A stretch of DNA of 42,783 bases from a virus (IMGVR_UViG_2630968543_000005); one strand, 5' to 3'. Counted from the first letter of the stretch, positions 10,437 to 21,705 are shown. The notes: generated by a model not told the origin, from the sequence alone. A program made the numbers and translations.

Positions 10437-10892
10437 CTATCTCCCGTGATTCAGGAAGTCGATTAGTTCTTCGCGTGTGGCGCTGTAAAAAGTCACGTCA
10501 TCCACGCCTTTGAAGTATTTCTTGATGGTTCCTACACGCTTAAGGCCAATAATTGCGCAGTACATCTGCCCGTGGCGGAATTTGCGTGCAGCGAACGATG
10601 TGACGCACTGAACGGTGGTGTTAGTCAGAATGTATCGCCAGAACGCCAGCCCGATTTCCTTGCTGAAGCCGCGAATCTCTGGCAGGTACATGGCGTGGCA
10701 ATCGAATGTCAGCGGCTGAATTTCCTGATAGTAAACAATGCCGCCGAACTGCCCGTGCACGTTCACCTCAAAGTAACGGCAATCATGTTTATAGTCGTAT
10801 CCATCACCGTTGTTGCTTCCGGCAATAATGTCAGGGTGATTTCCGACAGCTTCTATCAGGTCGATGTTTCGCGTTGGTTTGAATGTAATCAT
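10437..10892 (-). CDS. Virion-associated protein (P22 gp14-like, positional)
   Basis: 151-aa ORF between tail needle and gp7-like genes. Confidence 0.45.
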   Translation of the reverse strand: MITFKPTRNIDLIEAVGNHPDIIAGSNNGDGYDYKHDCRYFEVNVHGQFGGIVYYQEIQPLTFDCHAMYLPEIRGFSKEIGLAFWRYILTNTTVQCVTSFAARKFRHGQMYCAIIGLKRVGTIKKYFKGVDDVTFYSATREELIDFLNHGR

Positions 10893-11593
10893 CAGTCAAT
10901 CAGCCCATGTAATCTAAGTGCTGTTTCAAGCGCCAGAATACGCTGCCGCGCCTGCTCCAAACCTGTAGCGATAGCTGCGACTTCGGATTGTGTGTACGTA
11001 GTGCCGACCGTGTATGACTGGTTAGCGTTGAATGAGCCAAGAAGAGGTGTACCTGTGGCTGCAGTCCATCCGGTATTTCTTGCTCCAACAACCTGAATTC
11101 CATCAACTGAATATGATGTTTTTACATCCAGTGGTGACGCAAGAGACTGCGATTCTGTTACGGTTTTCGATACGTAATCACTCTTAATGTCAGATACATC
11201 GCTTTCTACGCCATCCAGTCTTTGGTCAACAGTGACCAGATGCGCCTGAATATCGATAACCTCATCCAGCAAGTAATCAACATCGCTACGCAGTACGACT
11301 ATCTTCCCTTCGGCGGTTGTTAACCTGACCTCAAGGAGATTTATCGCTTTTGTGTTTGCGGTGATTCTTGCATCGTGGTCAGCCAGTTCGACATCCTGTT
11401 CATCGTTTTTCACCTGAGCATCGTAAGCGCCCTGACCAGCCTGATTTGCCTTCCCGGCAATTGCGCCGACATCAGCCCCCTGATTAATGACATACAGCAG
11501 GTAAGACTGGCTGAATATATTGCGTGGAAGGATTGATGTATCGAGCCGCGTCGCCTGCACAATAACAGGGGTGTTGAGATTCGAATCAGCCAT
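10892..11593 (-). CDS. Tail needle / portal plug protein (P22 gp26-like)
   Basis: Trimmed to ATG 11593 ([25 protein letters not shown]..., 233 aa); N- and C-termini (..[13 protein letters not shown]) match P22 gp26; ATGA overlap with gp10 stop. Confidence 0.8.
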   Translation of the reverse strand: MADSNLNTPVIVQATRLDTSILPRNIFSQSYLLYVINQGADVGAIAGKANQAGQGAYDAQVKNDEQDVELADHDARITANTKAINLLEVRLTTAEGKIVVLRSDVDYLLDEVIDIQAHLVTVDQRLDGVESDVSDIKSDYVSKTVTESQSLASPLDVKTSYSVDGIQVVGARNTGWTAATGTPLLGSFNANQSYTVGTTYTQSEVAAIATGLEQARQRILALETALRLHGLID

Positions 11594-13011
11594 TACTCGA
11601 TCCTTATCTGAGCGCCAGACAGAGTGACAGGTGACTTCGTGATAACGCGCAATTTGAAGCCGACATTTTTCCTGATGCGCCCTACTCGCTTCCACAAAAC
11701 GCGTTTGTCGTAAACGAACGGTTCATTCTGCTCAATCATCTGCTCTTTTCCCCAATTGATGCCGTCAGTGGTTGCAGAGAGGAACAGGCGGTCAGCGTAC
11801 TGAGCGACACCAGTCGATGATTCAACTTCCAGATCAAAACATCTGGCGTTCTCAGCTTTGAAGAGTGGTGTAAACAACAGGTGTTCTTGCTGTAGCCCAT
11901 ACTGGCTGCTGATATCGAACTGCAATTTGCCGATAACCGATTCCAGCTTATCTCCGCACGTTATCTGATTGCCTTCGTAAATGAAGTCGATAGCGCGGTA
12001 CACATCGTCATACAAGCCTGTTTTCAGCACACACCATTGCGGACCATTAGCGCTTGAAGATGCGTCATATACTAGGACGTGGCGCGGAAGGTGGATAATC
12101 AGCAACTCATGAGCATCAAAGCGCAACGATTCCATCACGCCATCAGCCAGTTCATCAGCAGTGTAGGAGCGGAGGATTTTCTCAATGCTCGCGCTGGCGA
12201 TTGGTGACACCTGACCGGAACCGATGATGTACACAGACGGCGCACCCGTTGCCGGATTGCTGATGAACGCATACGAATCAGCAAACGGCGTTTTGCAGTA
12301 GGTTCCGGCAATTCCTTTCTGCACCATCAGTGATGGCTGTGCGACATACAACGCGGCACCAACGGTGGTTGCGCCAGTCAGGGAGAAATATTCAATCGTT
12401 GATGAACCAAAGCATACGATGAAGTCTCGCCATGTTCCGATGCCGATGATGCCGTCAGGCTGCGATTCTGCGCGATATTGTGCGCTGTAGCGGTCAGGAT
12501 GAGATTCGTCTTCAAGGTCAGTGATAAACCATGAATCAGTACCGTCTTTTGACCACGCATAACGCCCACGTAATCGCGTAATGTCGCGGACTGAGCCTAA
12601 CTCATACTGCGTGAATCCGCTGTCTGTAGGCCAGTTTGAGACGGTTTTAACCGTACCATCATAGCGATACTCGACCAGTTGACCATTAACGCCTACAGCC
12701 TGAGATGTTCGACCATGCGCCATTGATACGCGACCACTTCCGGCGACGTCACCGACTTCACTTTCTCCTTTGTACAGCTTACCACCACATACGCGATAAA
12801 CAGCATTCTGCGCCATGTTGTACTCGACGCCCCGCGATACGCCGTTCACATCAGAACGTTTGGCAATGCCCGGGAATGAGCGAAGATATCCGCTGCTGTT
12901 GAGTATTTCTTTGGGCGTAGCCAGCATATTCACTGGCAGATAGTCGATATAGTCGGCGTTTCGAAAGTCTTTGCCGACACCTTTCATAAGCGGAAGTTGC
13001 TGAATCGGCAT
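11593..13011 (-). CDS. Tail accessory factor (P22 gp10-like)
   Basis: 472 aa, same size and position as P22 gp10. Confidence 0.7.
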   Translation of the reverse strand: MPIQQLPLMKGVGKDFRNADYIDYLPVNMLATPKEILNSSGYLRSFPGIAKRSDVNGVSRGVEYNMAQNAVYRVCGGKLYKGESEVGDVAGSGRVSMAHGRTSQAVGVNGQLVEYRYDGTVKTVSNWPTDSGFTQYELGSVRDITRLRGRYAWSKDGTDSWFITDLEDESHPDRYSAQYRAESQPDGIIGIGTWRDFIVCFGSSTIEYFSLTGATTVGAALYVAQPSLMVQKGIAGTYCKTPFADSYAFISNPATGAPSVYIIGSGQVSPIASASIEKILRSYTADELADGVMESLRFDAHELLIIHLPRHVLVYDASSSANGPQWCVLKTGLYDDVYRAIDFIYEGNQITCGDKLESVIGKLQFDISSQYGLQQEHLLFTPLFKAENARCFDLEVESSTGVAQYADRLFLSATTDGINWGKEQMIEQNEPFVYDKRVLWKRVGRIRKNVGFKLRVITKSPVTLSGAQIRIE

Positions 13012-13020
13012 TTATTCACC

Positions 13021-13482
13021 TCACGTACTCGGTTCATCTTTCTCGATGTAAAACCGATTCCACGTAAACGCGCTTTTGTTACCACTACCGCGAGGCATGT
13101 CATTTCGCCGCTCAAGTGGTGGTATTTTGGTTAAAGCGATGCAGATTGTCTGATATGCGCTGTCAGCAGCGGTAAGGAGAGCATCCGACGGCTGAATGAC
13201 GTTATCCATGCACACTTGCACAGCGAGTTTCAAAGCGACGCCATCATTTGCCCATGCAGGGATACCTGAATCATCGTCAGGTAACGGCATGATGCCGTTT
13301 TCTGTATCAGCAAACTGATATCCAAGCTCGATACCTTTCGCCTGCCATGCTGCCATCATGTCTTCGAGGTCATTAATGGCATCTTCAATTGCCTGAGGGT
13401 CGGCATCTGTCAACGTGGCATTGGAATACAGCCCGGCTTTTCGTAAAGCCTTTAGAACGAGATCACCCTTCGTTTTCGCCAT
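13021..13482 (-). CDS. Head completion / tail accessory factor (P22 gp4-like)
   Basis: 153 aa, position after coat and before gp10. Confidence 0.65.
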   Translation of the reverse strand: MAKTKGDLVLKALRKAGLYSNATLTDADPQAIEDAINDLEDMMAAWQAKGIELGYQFADTENGIMPLPDDDSGIPAWANDGVALKLAVQVCMDNVIQPSDALLTAADSAYQTICIALTKIPPLERRNDMPRGSGNKSAFTWNRFYIEKDEPST

Positions 13483-13651
13483 CTTCTTCCGCCTTAGCCA
13501 CTTTTTGCTTCGTTGCGGTTTCTTCAGGAGTTTTTACCCAGCCTTTTTTCAGGTGAGATTTAACTTCTTCGTCATCAACGATGATGTAATCCAGCGAGTG
13601 GGGGCCGCAGGTGATCATCGATCCCGGCTTATAAAGCATGATTTGAGACAT
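13463..13651 (-). CDS. Hypothetical small protein between coat and gp4
   Basis: 62-aa ORF (MSQIMLYKPGSMITCGPHS...) with GGAG RBS immediately after the coat terminator. Confidence 0.35.
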   Translation of the reverse strand: MSQIMLYKPGSMITCGPHSLDYIIVDDEEVKSHLKKGWVKTPEETATKQKVAKAEEDGENEG

Positions 13652-13661
13652 TTCGATCTCC

Positions 13662-13687
13662 AAAAAAAAAGAGGGGCCGAAGCCCCT
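13662..13687 (-). terminator. Rho-independent terminator after coat gene
   Basis: Minus-strand AGGGGC-TTCG-GCCCCT hairpin followed by 9 T. Confidence 0.6.
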
Positions 13688-13691
13688 TGGA

Positions 13692-14951
13692 TTACTGGTT
13701 AGCCAATACCAGGCCGGTGAATTCCGGGACCAGTACGCTTGCGCCAGCCAGCGTGGTGAAGCGAGTCCACGTTTTGCCAGATTTAGCGTCGAATTGGTAA
13801 GCCATGATGATGGTCGCACCCTGCTCGGTCGTTGCGGTCATAACCTGCGGACCCTGGCCGGTAGGGAATGCCAACTTGCCATACATCAGCTCAACAGAAC
13901 CCTCAGCGAAGAAGATGTTGGAAGCCGCAGCCTTCTTGTTGAGGATGTTGATCTTCGCGCTATTCTTCGGATTGGCGGTAACGTTCTGGTAAGGAATAGA
14001 CGCCTTATCCGCGTTGTCTGGTGGCAGAATTTTCGGGCTGATGGTAACGGTAGTGCCTTTTACATCCAGGACGCGGAATACCTGCGGCTGACCTGTATCC
14101 ACCTTCTTGATCATGTGGACACTGTTAACGCCTTCGATAGTGAATGCATCACCGACAGCCAGTACGTTCTCAGCGGATACGGTGATATCACCCTGGCGGT
14201 TATCGGTAGGCGCTCCGTTGGAATCCATCGCGGTAACTTTATGTGCTACTGCGCCGCCGAGAGTTACAGCGGTAGCTGAACCAGCCTTCATTGCGCCAGC
14301 ATAATCAACGCGGAAACTGTCGAAGGATGCCACAGGTGGAATCTGAGCTTTCTCATAGGCTGTCAGAGTTGCACCGACCGCATATGCGCGAGAGCCAAGC
14401 TCCTTAGCCAGGTCTTTGTAGTTGAACGGGTTGTAGAACGCCTTGCGCTGACCACCCTGAGGCACACCAATGGACAGCATCATTGCATCAACGTCAGCCG
14501 ATGCGTTCCAGAGTTCTTCGCCGAGAGTGCTACCGGTGGACGCCGATTTAATGGTGACCACGTTGGTGGAGCGAGCGACCACCTCATCGACGATCATGTT
14601 ATCAACCCACGCCGCCAACTGGCGACCCGCCGCCTTGCCAGCCTGCTCTTTGTGCCACGGATCGCGCATTTCTTTTGCGTCCAGTTCGTAGATGACGTTC
14701 TCTGGCTCGCGGAAGCGAGCAGGCACCTGACGCTGAACGAGTGAGTTTGCAGTGGCCGAAGTCAGATCAAGTCCGCTCACGGTTTTCAGGTGGTAGCCCT
14801 GAGGGCGATAAACAACGTCGCCAGCGCGCTGCATTTCAATGTCGCCCGGTCGGAACTTGCTGCACTCGCGGGAAACGACATTGGACGCCTCAAAACTATC
14901 AATGACGCTCTCAAAGAGGATTTCGAGGTCTTTTGTTAACTGGTTAGACAT
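13692..14951 (-). CDS. Major capsid (coat) protein
   Basis: 419-aa ORF downstream of scaffold, size close to P22 coat (430 aa), followed by strong terminator. Confidence 0.7.
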   Translation of the reverse strand: MSNQLTKDLEILFESVIDSFEASNVVSRECSKFRPGDIEMQRAGDVVYRPQGYHLKTVSGLDLTSATANSLVQRQVPARFREPENVIYELDAKEMRDPWHKEQAGKAAGRQLAAWVDNMIVDEVVARSTNVVTIKSASTGSTLGEELWNASADVDAMMLSIGVPQGGQRKAFYNPFNYKDLAKELGSRAYAVGATLTAYEKAQIPPVASFDSFRVDYAGAMKAGSATAVTLGGAVAHKVTAMDSNGAPTDNRQGDITVSAENVLAVGDAFTIEGVNSVHMIKKVDTGQPQVFRVLDVKGTTVTISPKILPPDNADKASIPYQNVTANPKNSAKINILNKKAAASNIFFAEGSVELMYGKLAFPTGQGPQVMTATTEQGATIIMAYQFDAKSGKTWTRFTTLAGASVLVPEFTGLVLANQ

Positions 14952-14971
14952 AGGTATTTAGCTCCGATGGA

Positions 14972-15868
14972 TTATTTTTTAGCTTTGTTCTTCGCCGCCC
15001 GGTATTCGGTGTAATCACCGGTGTCGCGCGCTTTTTCGAGAAGTTTGTCGAGGTTATTGATTACTGCGCCGTTGCTCCCCTTAACTGTCGGGGTTGTGGC
15101 TGCCGTGGTTTTTGCTTTTGGCATGATTCTGGCCTTCGATTCGATACGTTCCAGCAGACGACCAATTGCTACGGGGTTGGTAGCTTCTGCCAGTTGCTTG
15201 CGCAGTTCAGCGTTGCGACCGAGTGCCAGAACAACGATTTCCGGCTTCTCTGACTCAAGAAGGATCATGTCCTGAATGTGAACAGGAACATCTTCGCGTA
15301 CAGCCTGCTCTGCATCCTGGTAACCAGCCACTTTCAGTGCTTTTACTCTATGCATGTAATTGGCTGCTTTCTGCTGAAGCGTTGCGGTACGCGCCTCTTC
15401 CTCTCGTTTCCGCTCTCGTACTTGCTCCTGGTATTTGCCGTTGTCCTCCGCCCACTTAGCCATGCGTTGCTGGTAGATTTCTTCATCGAAACCGATGTCC
15501 TCATCATCCAGTTTTGGCATTCGCGGTGGTTGAGTGATTACCGGCTGCTGCTCGACGGGTTTCTGGGACTGACGCATCAGCTCTTTCAGCTCGCGGTCTT
15601 TCTCTTTAATCGTCTTGCGCAGGTGTTTTACCAGTCCATGCTCAGCGCCATCTTCGCTGGTTGGCGAATCCAGCTTTTCGTCACCAAAGTAGAATTCCTG
15701 TTCTGATTCGTCGTCATCAGTTTCAGTAGCTTCCTCTGCATCATTGCCGGAGGACTCACTGCCATCTTCTGTTTCGACTTCTTCAGCCAGTTCGACATCA
15801 TCAGGAATCTGCTCTGATGTATCGGTTTCTATTTCAACTTCTGGTGTGTTTTCTGCCATCTGGTCCAT
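14972..15868 (-). CDS. Scaffolding protein
   Basis: 298-aa acidic, charged, helix-rich ORF between portal and coat; N-terminal acidic tract. Confidence 0.65.
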   Translation of the reverse strand: MDQMAENTPEVEIETDTSEQIPDDVELAEEVETEDGSESSGNDAEEATETDDDESEQEFYFGDEKLDSPTSEDGAEHGLVKHLRKTIKEKDRELKELMRQSQKPVEQQPVITQPPRMPKLDDEDIGFDEEIYQQRMAKWAEDNGKYQEQVRERKREEEARTATLQQKAANYMHRVKALKVAGYQDAEQAVREDVPVHIQDMILLESEKPEIVVLALGRNAELRKQLAEATNPVAIGRLLERIESKARIMPKAKTTAATTPTVKGSNGAVINNLDKLLEKARDTGDYTEYRAAKNKAKK

Positions 15869-15958
15869 TTGTTACCCCTGTTTACTCGATGTTCAGCCCA
15901 TCGGAAGGCAATAGGGTGCCAGGCCTCATAAAGACAGCCATTGCACGTTATTGGTTAA

Positions 15959-18175
15959 TTACTGCTGTGATTGTTGCTGGGTTGATTTTTGCAGGATGCT
16001 GCTGATGTCCATTCGTTGTGCATGGCCCTGTGCCTGACTTTTCAGGACAAGCTCTGCATCAGCACGGGCGTTATCTCCTTGCTGTTGCTGGAACTGTCCG
16101 AGCAGTTTCAGAGCCTCGCGGATATCAGATTTCTGCTGGCTATCGGCAGATGCGAGGATTTTCACAACATTTGCCGCAGCAACCTGAGCATCCGTCTGTG
16201 CCTGGAATGCTTTAACCTGAATAGCTGCCTGTTCGTTCTGCGCTTTCTGCAATTCAGCCTGACCAGCAAGAAGTTGACCTTGCGCTGCAACCATAGCCGG
16301 ATCTGGCTGACTGGCCTGTTGTTGTTTCGCCTGTTCAACCATCTGCTGTTCTTCAGGCGTTCTCGGCTTGATAACGCCAGACAGAAGCAACTGATTGCGG
16401 TTGTATTCTTTAAGGTCGTCCATCCCTTCGCCGTCCATATTGTCGAGAATCATCGACGATACAAGGTCGTGCTTCTGCGTTCCTGGTGGGATAAGTGCCA
16501 GCATGGAAAGTAACGACTTAACCGTTGCATCACGACGAGTAGCGAACGACTGACCGACATCGACAGTCACTTCATAGTTGCCCTGCGAAAGGTCATTAAG
16601 CGCGATAACCTGCCCTGTCTGACGGTCAACCACTTCACCAGTCATCAGCGCCACGTCATCGCTGCCGTCCTCATTAACGATACGCATCGGCGTATCACTG
16701 CCATAGACCTCACGCGCCATAGAAAGCCACACAACGCCAGCGCGACGCATGGATTTAGCCATGTTGTCCATGTAGATATAGGACTGCGTGTCCATCCGGT
16801 TAAAGATGCTATCAACGGTATCGGTGGCGACGTTGCTCGGCATGTTCTCAAGCTGCGACGCACCTGTAATTTGCTGAATAGCAGTTCCGGTGTACTGCAA
16901 TAGCCCGGCAAGAGCAGGAGGCATTTGTGTTGTAGGTGTATAACTGCTGACCTGAGCCTGCGCAGTAATATCTCCGTTTTTGTTTTTCAGACTGACCATC
17001 GGCAGGAACGCCGGGCGCTTTTTGTTGCGCTCCGCCCAATGAGTGGCAAGAGGACCAGGAATCATGTCAACATCAACTACAGGAATGCCATCGCCGCCAG
17101 CCTGAGTAGCGTTATCTGCAATCATGGAAACCATCAGGTTCTCAAGACGCTGTGCATCCATCGCTTTTGCTGCGTGGCCTTCGATTCGCTCCTGATTATC
17201 AACAAATGAACGACGCCCATATACCGGGATGAGAGGAATATGTTCGCCCGGAATACGCTTCGGTTCTTCCAGCCATTCAGCGCCAGACAGAAGACCGCAA
17301 TAAACTCGGCGTTTCTTCACTGTCCGCTCACCAATCAGTTCGAATGCGCCATCGGTCAGCTCGTCGACAATATCTTTGATTTGATCTTCATCATAGATTG
17401 CCGTTTCTCCGCTAACAGGGTTACGCCATGCTGTGAGCTTCACCTTCTCTACGCGAACTTCGTAGTAGCGTCCAACATAGATGGCGTCAGGCGTTGACCA
17501 GTCATACTGAGTACCAGTGTCATCACGAGAAAGGCTTGCCGCGATGGAATCAGGGTATTCAGCCTCGAACGCTTTAGGCGTCATGGAGAACATTTCCATA
17601 GCCCACATAGCATCAGAGCGGTCATATTGCTTGCTGTCCTGATCGAAGAAAACGCATGTCGCTGGGTCGTAAACAGGAAGAAGGCTGATGCGTCGCTGCT
17701 CGTTACTTGGGTCCATTTCATCTTCGTAATCGGCACACATGCGGAAACAACCGAATCCGCCCGTTACAGCATCATCAAATGCGTTATCACACGCTTCGCC
17801 ACCGGATGTTTCCTGATAGTCAGCGCGGAATTTGCCGTTCATCTTTTCGGCTAACGCTTCCGATGCCTTGTCATCCTTCGGCCTGAATTTAACGCTGATG
17901 CGATTCTGTCGATACTCGCCAATGATGCGATCACATTCACGGGCAATCTTATTCAGTTCAAAGCGCGGGTAATGCTCAAACCTGCCTTCATCAAATGAGT
18001 AACCAGCGTTTGTGCTGCCTTCCCACTGTGCGCCGGACACCCGGACGAAACGTTGAGCCTCAATAATCTGCTCTCGCATATCCTGCGTTGCTGACCAGGC
18101 ATTATCAAAGTTGCACAGCACCTTGCGATGCCAGTCAGTCATCTTTCTATCATCAGCCATCATCCAACTCCGCAA
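15959..18175 (-). CDS. Portal protein (P22 gp1-like)
   Basis: 738 aa; Gln/Ala-rich C-terminal helical region (PEEQQMVEQAKQQQ..AMVAAQGQLLAGQAELQKAQ) resembles P22 portal barrel; 16-nt overlap with terL. Confidence 0.85.
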   Translation of the reverse strand: MRSWMMADDRKMTDWHRKVLCNFDNAWSATQDMREQIIEAQRFVRVSGAQWEGSTNAGYSFDEGRFEHYPRFELNKIARECDRIIGEYRQNRISVKFRPKDDKASEALAEKMNGKFRADYQETSGGEACDNAFDDAVTGGFGCFRMCADYEDEMDPSNEQRRISLLPVYDPATCVFFDQDSKQYDRSDAMWAMEMFSMTPKAFEAEYPDSIAASLSRDDTGTQYDWSTPDAIYVGRYYEVRVEKVKLTAWRNPVSGETAIYDEDQIKDIVDELTDGAFELIGERTVKKRRVYCGLLSGAEWLEEPKRIPGEHIPLIPVYGRRSFVDNQERIEGHAAKAMDAQRLENLMVSMIADNATQAGGDGIPVVDVDMIPGPLATHWAERNKKRPAFLPMVSLKNKNGDITAQAQVSSYTPTTQMPPALAGLLQYTGTAIQQITGASQLENMPSNVATDTVDSIFNRMDTQSYIYMDNMAKSMRRAGVVWLSMAREVYGSDTPMRIVNEDGSDDVALMTGEVVDRQTGQVIALNDLSQGNYEVTVDVGQSFATRRDATVKSLLSMLALIPPGTQKHDLVSSMILDNMDGEGMDDLKEYNRNQLLLSGVIKPRTPEEQQMVEQAKQQQASQPDPAMVAAQGQLLAGQAELQKAQNEQAAIQVKAFQAQTDAQVAAANVVKILASADSQQKSDIREALKLLGQFQQQQGDNARADAELVLKSQAQGHAQRMDISSILQKSTQQQSQQ

Positions 18176-19656
18176 GGTATGTTGTAGCTTGAGTAATCAA
18201 TCTCTTTAGGATCTTTGATGTCTCGCATCTGTATTGCAAAACGCCTCATCATGTAGCCATAGCGAACAGCAGAAAGGATGTCGTCATTTAGCTTGACGAT
18301 CTTCCCGTTCTCATCGCGGTGATACAGGCGAAACTCTTCAAAGAATGGCTCGCAGGTGTTAAATACCTTGAAACGACCGTCGAGCATCATGTCGCGTATC
18401 TCTGCTATCCCGGGTTCGACCGCATTACCTCCATCAGGCCATGTTGCATGATCTGGCAACATGTCGAACCCAGCGTCGGCGTATTGTTCCTTGAGCTGAG
18501 CGCCGCCTCCCTTTTCGTGCTGATGCCCGTCATGAGGCCAAGCCGTAGGGGTGTTTTTGCTCCATGCTTTAACAGCACTCCATGCCTCTGTCGCCTTCTT
18601 CTGTTTGGCCTTCCAGACGCGAGAAAGATAAATCACGTCCTCGTCTTTATCCCACCAAAGCTGGATATGTGCCTGTGGGTGATCCCATCCGAAGTCCATT
18701 GCATTGATGACGTAGAAGTGATCAGGACACTCGAACGGCTGACACTTAATCGTCTCTTCCGGTATCTGGAAGATTCGACCGCTACCCATCGTAGGAATAC
18801 CGCGAGCACGCGCCTCTCTCTCATGCTCAGGATAAGATGCGATGATTTGCTCTTTCTGCTCGTCGGTGTAGTGCTCAGCGTCATAGATGGTCATGTTGAC
18901 CACTTTCTGCGACTTGCTGGGATTCTTCAGGAACTTGGTAACAACGTCAGACATCCCCATCAGCGGGGTAAACGTCAGAATTGAGAATTGCCCGTATTTG
19001 TTGGTACGGGTAAGCCCTTCGCCATAAATGCTGTATGGTGGCTCTTCGTCAAACCACACGCCGTGGATTGTGTCACCCTGCCAGCGAGCGCGTCCTTGCG
19101 AGTATGGTTTGAAGTAGCAGATTGAAATGCCATCTTCAACGCCATCAGCCGTGTGATGCTTAACCAGAAGATGATCAACAAGGTTCGGAAAGAAAGGAGA
19201 CTTCTTCCAGCTAATGATGTCTTCTTTCGGTATGGAACCGTAGCCTGGCTCGTCATTCTCTTCAATACGACCGCACAGGATGCGTTGAGTCGTTTTGGTT
19301 ACAGTCTCGTTTGTCTCGCCGCCAATCCAGAAGACAACAGGCTCATAGAAACGCTTACCTTTCCACTCACCGCCATATTTACCATCAGCAGGATAGCCTT
19401 TTGTGCCCGGATAACGCCCGGTAAGGTGAAACGCGACTTCAGCAGCACCAGTAAATGACTTACCAAGCTGGTTACCAGCCATAAAACAGCGCTCTGGATA
19501 GTCATGCCCGGCGTCGATGAACTCACGCTGTTTGCTGTATGGCGTAAATTCATATAGCAGGTGTGTGTTCCGGTAGTTCTCTTCTTCTTCGAGTAGCTCG
19601 AGCAACTCGATTTGCTCTTCGTCGCTCAGGTTATCAAGAATCGCGTCCAGTTCCAC
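18160..19656 (-). CDS. terL: Terminase large subunit (P22 gp2-like)
   Basis: 498 aa; Walker A-like MAGNQLGKS; size equals P22 gp2. Confidence 0.9.
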   Translation of the reverse strand: MELDAILDNLSDEEQIELLELLEEEENYRNTHLLYEFTPYSKQREFIDAGHDYPERCFMAGNQLGKSFTGAAEVAFHLTGRYPGTKGYPADGKYGGEWKGKRFYEPVVFWIGGETNETVTKTTQRILCGRIEENDEPGYGSIPKEDIISWKKSPFFPNLVDHLLVKHHTADGVEDGISICYFKPYSQGRARWQGDTIHGVWFDEEPPYSIYGEGLTRTNKYGQFSILTFTPLMGMSDVVTKFLKNPSKSQKVVNMTIYDAEHYTDEQKEQIIASYPEHEREARARGIPTMGSGRIFQIPEETIKCQPFECPDHFYVINAMDFGWDHPQAHIQLWWDKDEDVIYLSRVWKAKQKKATEAWSAVKAWSKNTPTAWPHDGHQHEKGGGAQLKEQYADAGFDMLPDHATWPDGGNAVEPGIAEIRDMMLDGRFKVFNTCEPFFEEFRLYHRDENGKIVKLNDDILSAVRYGYMMRRFAIQMRDIKDPKEIDYSSYNIPCGVG

Positions 19657-20128
19657 GGTTGAATAGCTCCTTGATACGAGAGCGTCGCTTATCGCGATCT
19701 CCCTTATCAGGTGTCACGTCTTCAACTTGCGACTGCTCTTTGAGGCCCAAATCACGGGCGATGATGTTAGCGTTGAGAAGGTCAGCGGCTGCGCCAGAGA
19801 ATTTCTGGTCGTAGATGATGTCTTCCGCTCGTGATGTGACGTCAGAAAAACCTTCCATTGACCGGAAGGTTCCCCATGTTTGCCTGGTGATATCAAGGAA
19901 GGTACACAATCCTGAAATAGTCATGGCTCGCATCTTAGGAAGATTAGCCTTAATTATTTCTCCCTGATATGAAAATACCTTACCCTCCCATAGCGGGTTA
20001 TCATCAGCCCACTCGAAGTATTCACAACAAGCAGCCCACAGCGCCTCAGGCGATTCGAATTTAGGGTTTCGCCCATGACTACTGCGGGCCTCCCAGAATC
20101 GGTTGCCCTTTGGTGCTGCCATATTCAT
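19634..20128 (-). CDS. terS: Terminase small subunit (P22 gp3-like)
   Basis: 164 aa; ..[63 protein letters not shown].. matches P22 gp3. Confidence 0.85.
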   Translation of the reverse strand: MNMAAPKGNRFWEARSSHGRNPKFESPEALWAACCEYFEWADDNPLWEGKVFSYQGEIIKANLPKMRAMTISGLCTFLDITRQTWGTFRSMEGFSDVTSRAEDIIYDQKFSGAAADLLNANIIARDLGLKEQSQVEDVTPDKGDRDKRRSRIKELFNRGTGRDS

Positions 20129-20157
20129 CTCACTTAATCGTTATTTCAGGTTGAGCA

Positions 20158-20400
20158 TCATGCTCCGGTGGTGAACAGGTCTAACGCTTCCTTCGATTTA
20201 CGCACCGCTTCGATAGTGCGGGTCGTGATATCTGAATTAGCGCCACCTGACTGGAAGTGAATTTTGAATAGCTCAAGCTTCAGCTCGTCAGTGCCAATGA
20301 ACTGAAATGCTTCTTCTGCGGCTGCGTTCTGGTTCATGACCAGCTTGTAAATCTCTAACTGGAATTTCTGTTCTTCAGTCATGGGAATAATCTCTGCCAT
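20158..20400 (-). CDS. Hypothetical protein (moron upstream of terS)
   Basis: 80-aa ORF with GGAG RBS. Confidence 0.45.
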   Translation of the reverse strand: MAEIIPMTEEQKFQLEIYKLVMNQNAAAEEAFQFIGTDELKLELFKIHFQSGGANSDITTRTIEAVRKSKEALDLFTTGA

Positions 20401-20752
20401 TGTTGGCTCCGTTTATCCGTTAAAAGGGATATCAGTTAAGTTATCCCGTGTAGGGTATAAGTCATTGTCGAGACCACTCATTGAATGGTCTCTGCAATAA
20501 CCGATGTCTTTCCATCAGTCCGCCACCACAAAGAATCTTTTTTGCCATAAGGCAGGAGGTTCATCTTTCAGTGGCTGCCAGTGTTATTTCCCCACTTTCT
20601 GGCTTGGGTTGTTTCGCTGTATTGCCGCAACTGGTGGTGCACAGATTTAGTTAAATCTGTTCTCGCCTGAACTATCTTTTACATACCCGGATTGTGGGGA
20701 TGTAAATCACGGTTTCATTATCAAGCCCACCCGTAGATGGGCTTTGGAATGG

Positions 20753-21010
20753 CTACTTCGCTTTTGCTTCCGCTCGCTTACGCCGGCGCTCTTCTTTCCT
20801 CTCGGCTTTTGCCATGTCCATGAATGCCTGCATGATCGAGTTCCGCATCATGTAGCTAACAAAGTGATGATTGACACAGCCGTTGAGGCGCAGCTGCTCG
20901 CCAAACTCATCCACCGAGGCCAATGCTTCCATCATGCCCTTCTCGCCTTTCATGAACTCTGAGAAGTCGCGCCCCGCTCTGGAGGCGCATTCAATAACAC
21001 GATCACTCAT
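20753..21010 (-). CDS. Hypothetical protein
   Basis: 85-aa ORF, Lys/Arg/Glu-rich C-terminus, 4-nt overlap with upstream KilA-N gene. Confidence 0.4.
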   Translation of the reverse strand: MSDRVIECASRAGRDFSEFMKGEKGMMEALASVDEFGEQLRLNGCVNHHFVSYMMRNSIMQAFMDMAKAERKEERRRKRAEAKAK

Positions 21011-21504
21011 CCCGGAAGCCCGGGGATCGTAATCTGCAGCTGGTTAGCCAGGGAGTTAATCTCAGCGACCAACACTGGCTTCGTATAGCGCCATGCTGCC
21101 AGCCCTTGTCCGCAGAAGCTCGCCATGTCTTTCTTCTGGTCAAACTCATGACATTTCATGTTGAGCTGCGCACTTAAGCTGTTGCGATGCTGAAGTTCTC
21201 CGGTGAAGTAGTCATCGAGGACTTTATAGGCCGCGTACTTGAACCCGGGGTTTAACCAAGCCGCATAATCGTAAGCAACAAACTTCCCGCCATATGTTCC
21301 ACCGTGTACACCGCGCTCAGTAAAAACCACAGATTCGTGGTTTTTCTCCAGCTCGGCTAAGAACTCTTTGGTCTGCTTGTTTCGCAGGTAGTGGTAAGGC
21401 GATTCAGATTCACTTTTACCACTGGCTTTCCACATATCAGTGAGGCAGATCATGCCATCTTCACCGATACGAATTGGTTGATTGAAGAGGGTTAATGATT
21501 TCAT
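21007..21504 (-). CDS. KilA-N domain protein
   Basis: 165 aa; N-terminal ..IRIGEDGMICLTDMWKASGKS...KEFL.. typical of KilA-N DNA-binding domain. Confidence 0.5.
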   Translation of the reverse strand: MKSLTLFNQPIRIGEDGMICLTDMWKASGKSESESPYHYLRNKQTKEFLAELEKNHESVVFTERGVHGGTYGGKFVAYDYAAWLNPGFKYAAYKVLDDYFTGELQHRNSLSAQLNMKCHEFDQKKDMASFCGQGLAAWRYTKPVLVAEINSLANQLQITIPGLPG

Positions 21505-21620
21505 AGCGTGTACCTACTCTTTGAAATGAACCTTTGCCGCACAGGAAACCAGCCCACCGAGGCTCGCCAGCACTAACTGGTATCCTCAAAGGCCCATTCC
21601 AAAGGGGCAGGTTCGGTGTA

Positions 21621-21673
21621 AAAAACATGCGTTGCGGTACGCATTTATTGCAAAAAGCCCCGCATCGCGAGGC
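21621..21673 (-). terminator. Tandem hairpin/U-run terminator candidates downstream of Rz
   Basis: Minus strand GCCUCGC-GAU-GCGGGGC + UUUUU (21652-21673) and AUGCGU-ACCGCA-ACGCAU + GUUUUUU (21621-21645). Confidence 0.4.
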
Positions 21674-21705
21674 TCATTAAATGGACTTTGTGATTTGCAA
21701 AAAAA

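Noticed and set aside
13463-13819. Full 118-aa extent of the ORF overlapping the coat 3' end.
   Set aside because: The upstream part overlaps the coat gene and its terminator; only the 62-aa portion from ATG 13651 is plausible.
6608-20128. Many track ORFs antisense to or nested within structural and packaging genes (e.g. 6608-6892, 7828-8196, 10572-11096, 13794-14279, 15278-15706, 15989-16513, 18319-18984, 19153-19458).
   Set aside because: Each lies within a longer ORF with recognisable phage homology or fixed operon position; typical antisense artefacts.
19634-20128. Precise P22-type pac site within terS.
   Set aside because: I cannot recall the pac consensus reliably enough to place it; requires alignment to P22 gene 3.
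20723-20744. Hairpin AAGCCCA-N8-TGGGCTT as a terminator after the 85-aa gene.
   Set aside because: No U tract on either strand; more likely a binding site or RNA structure.
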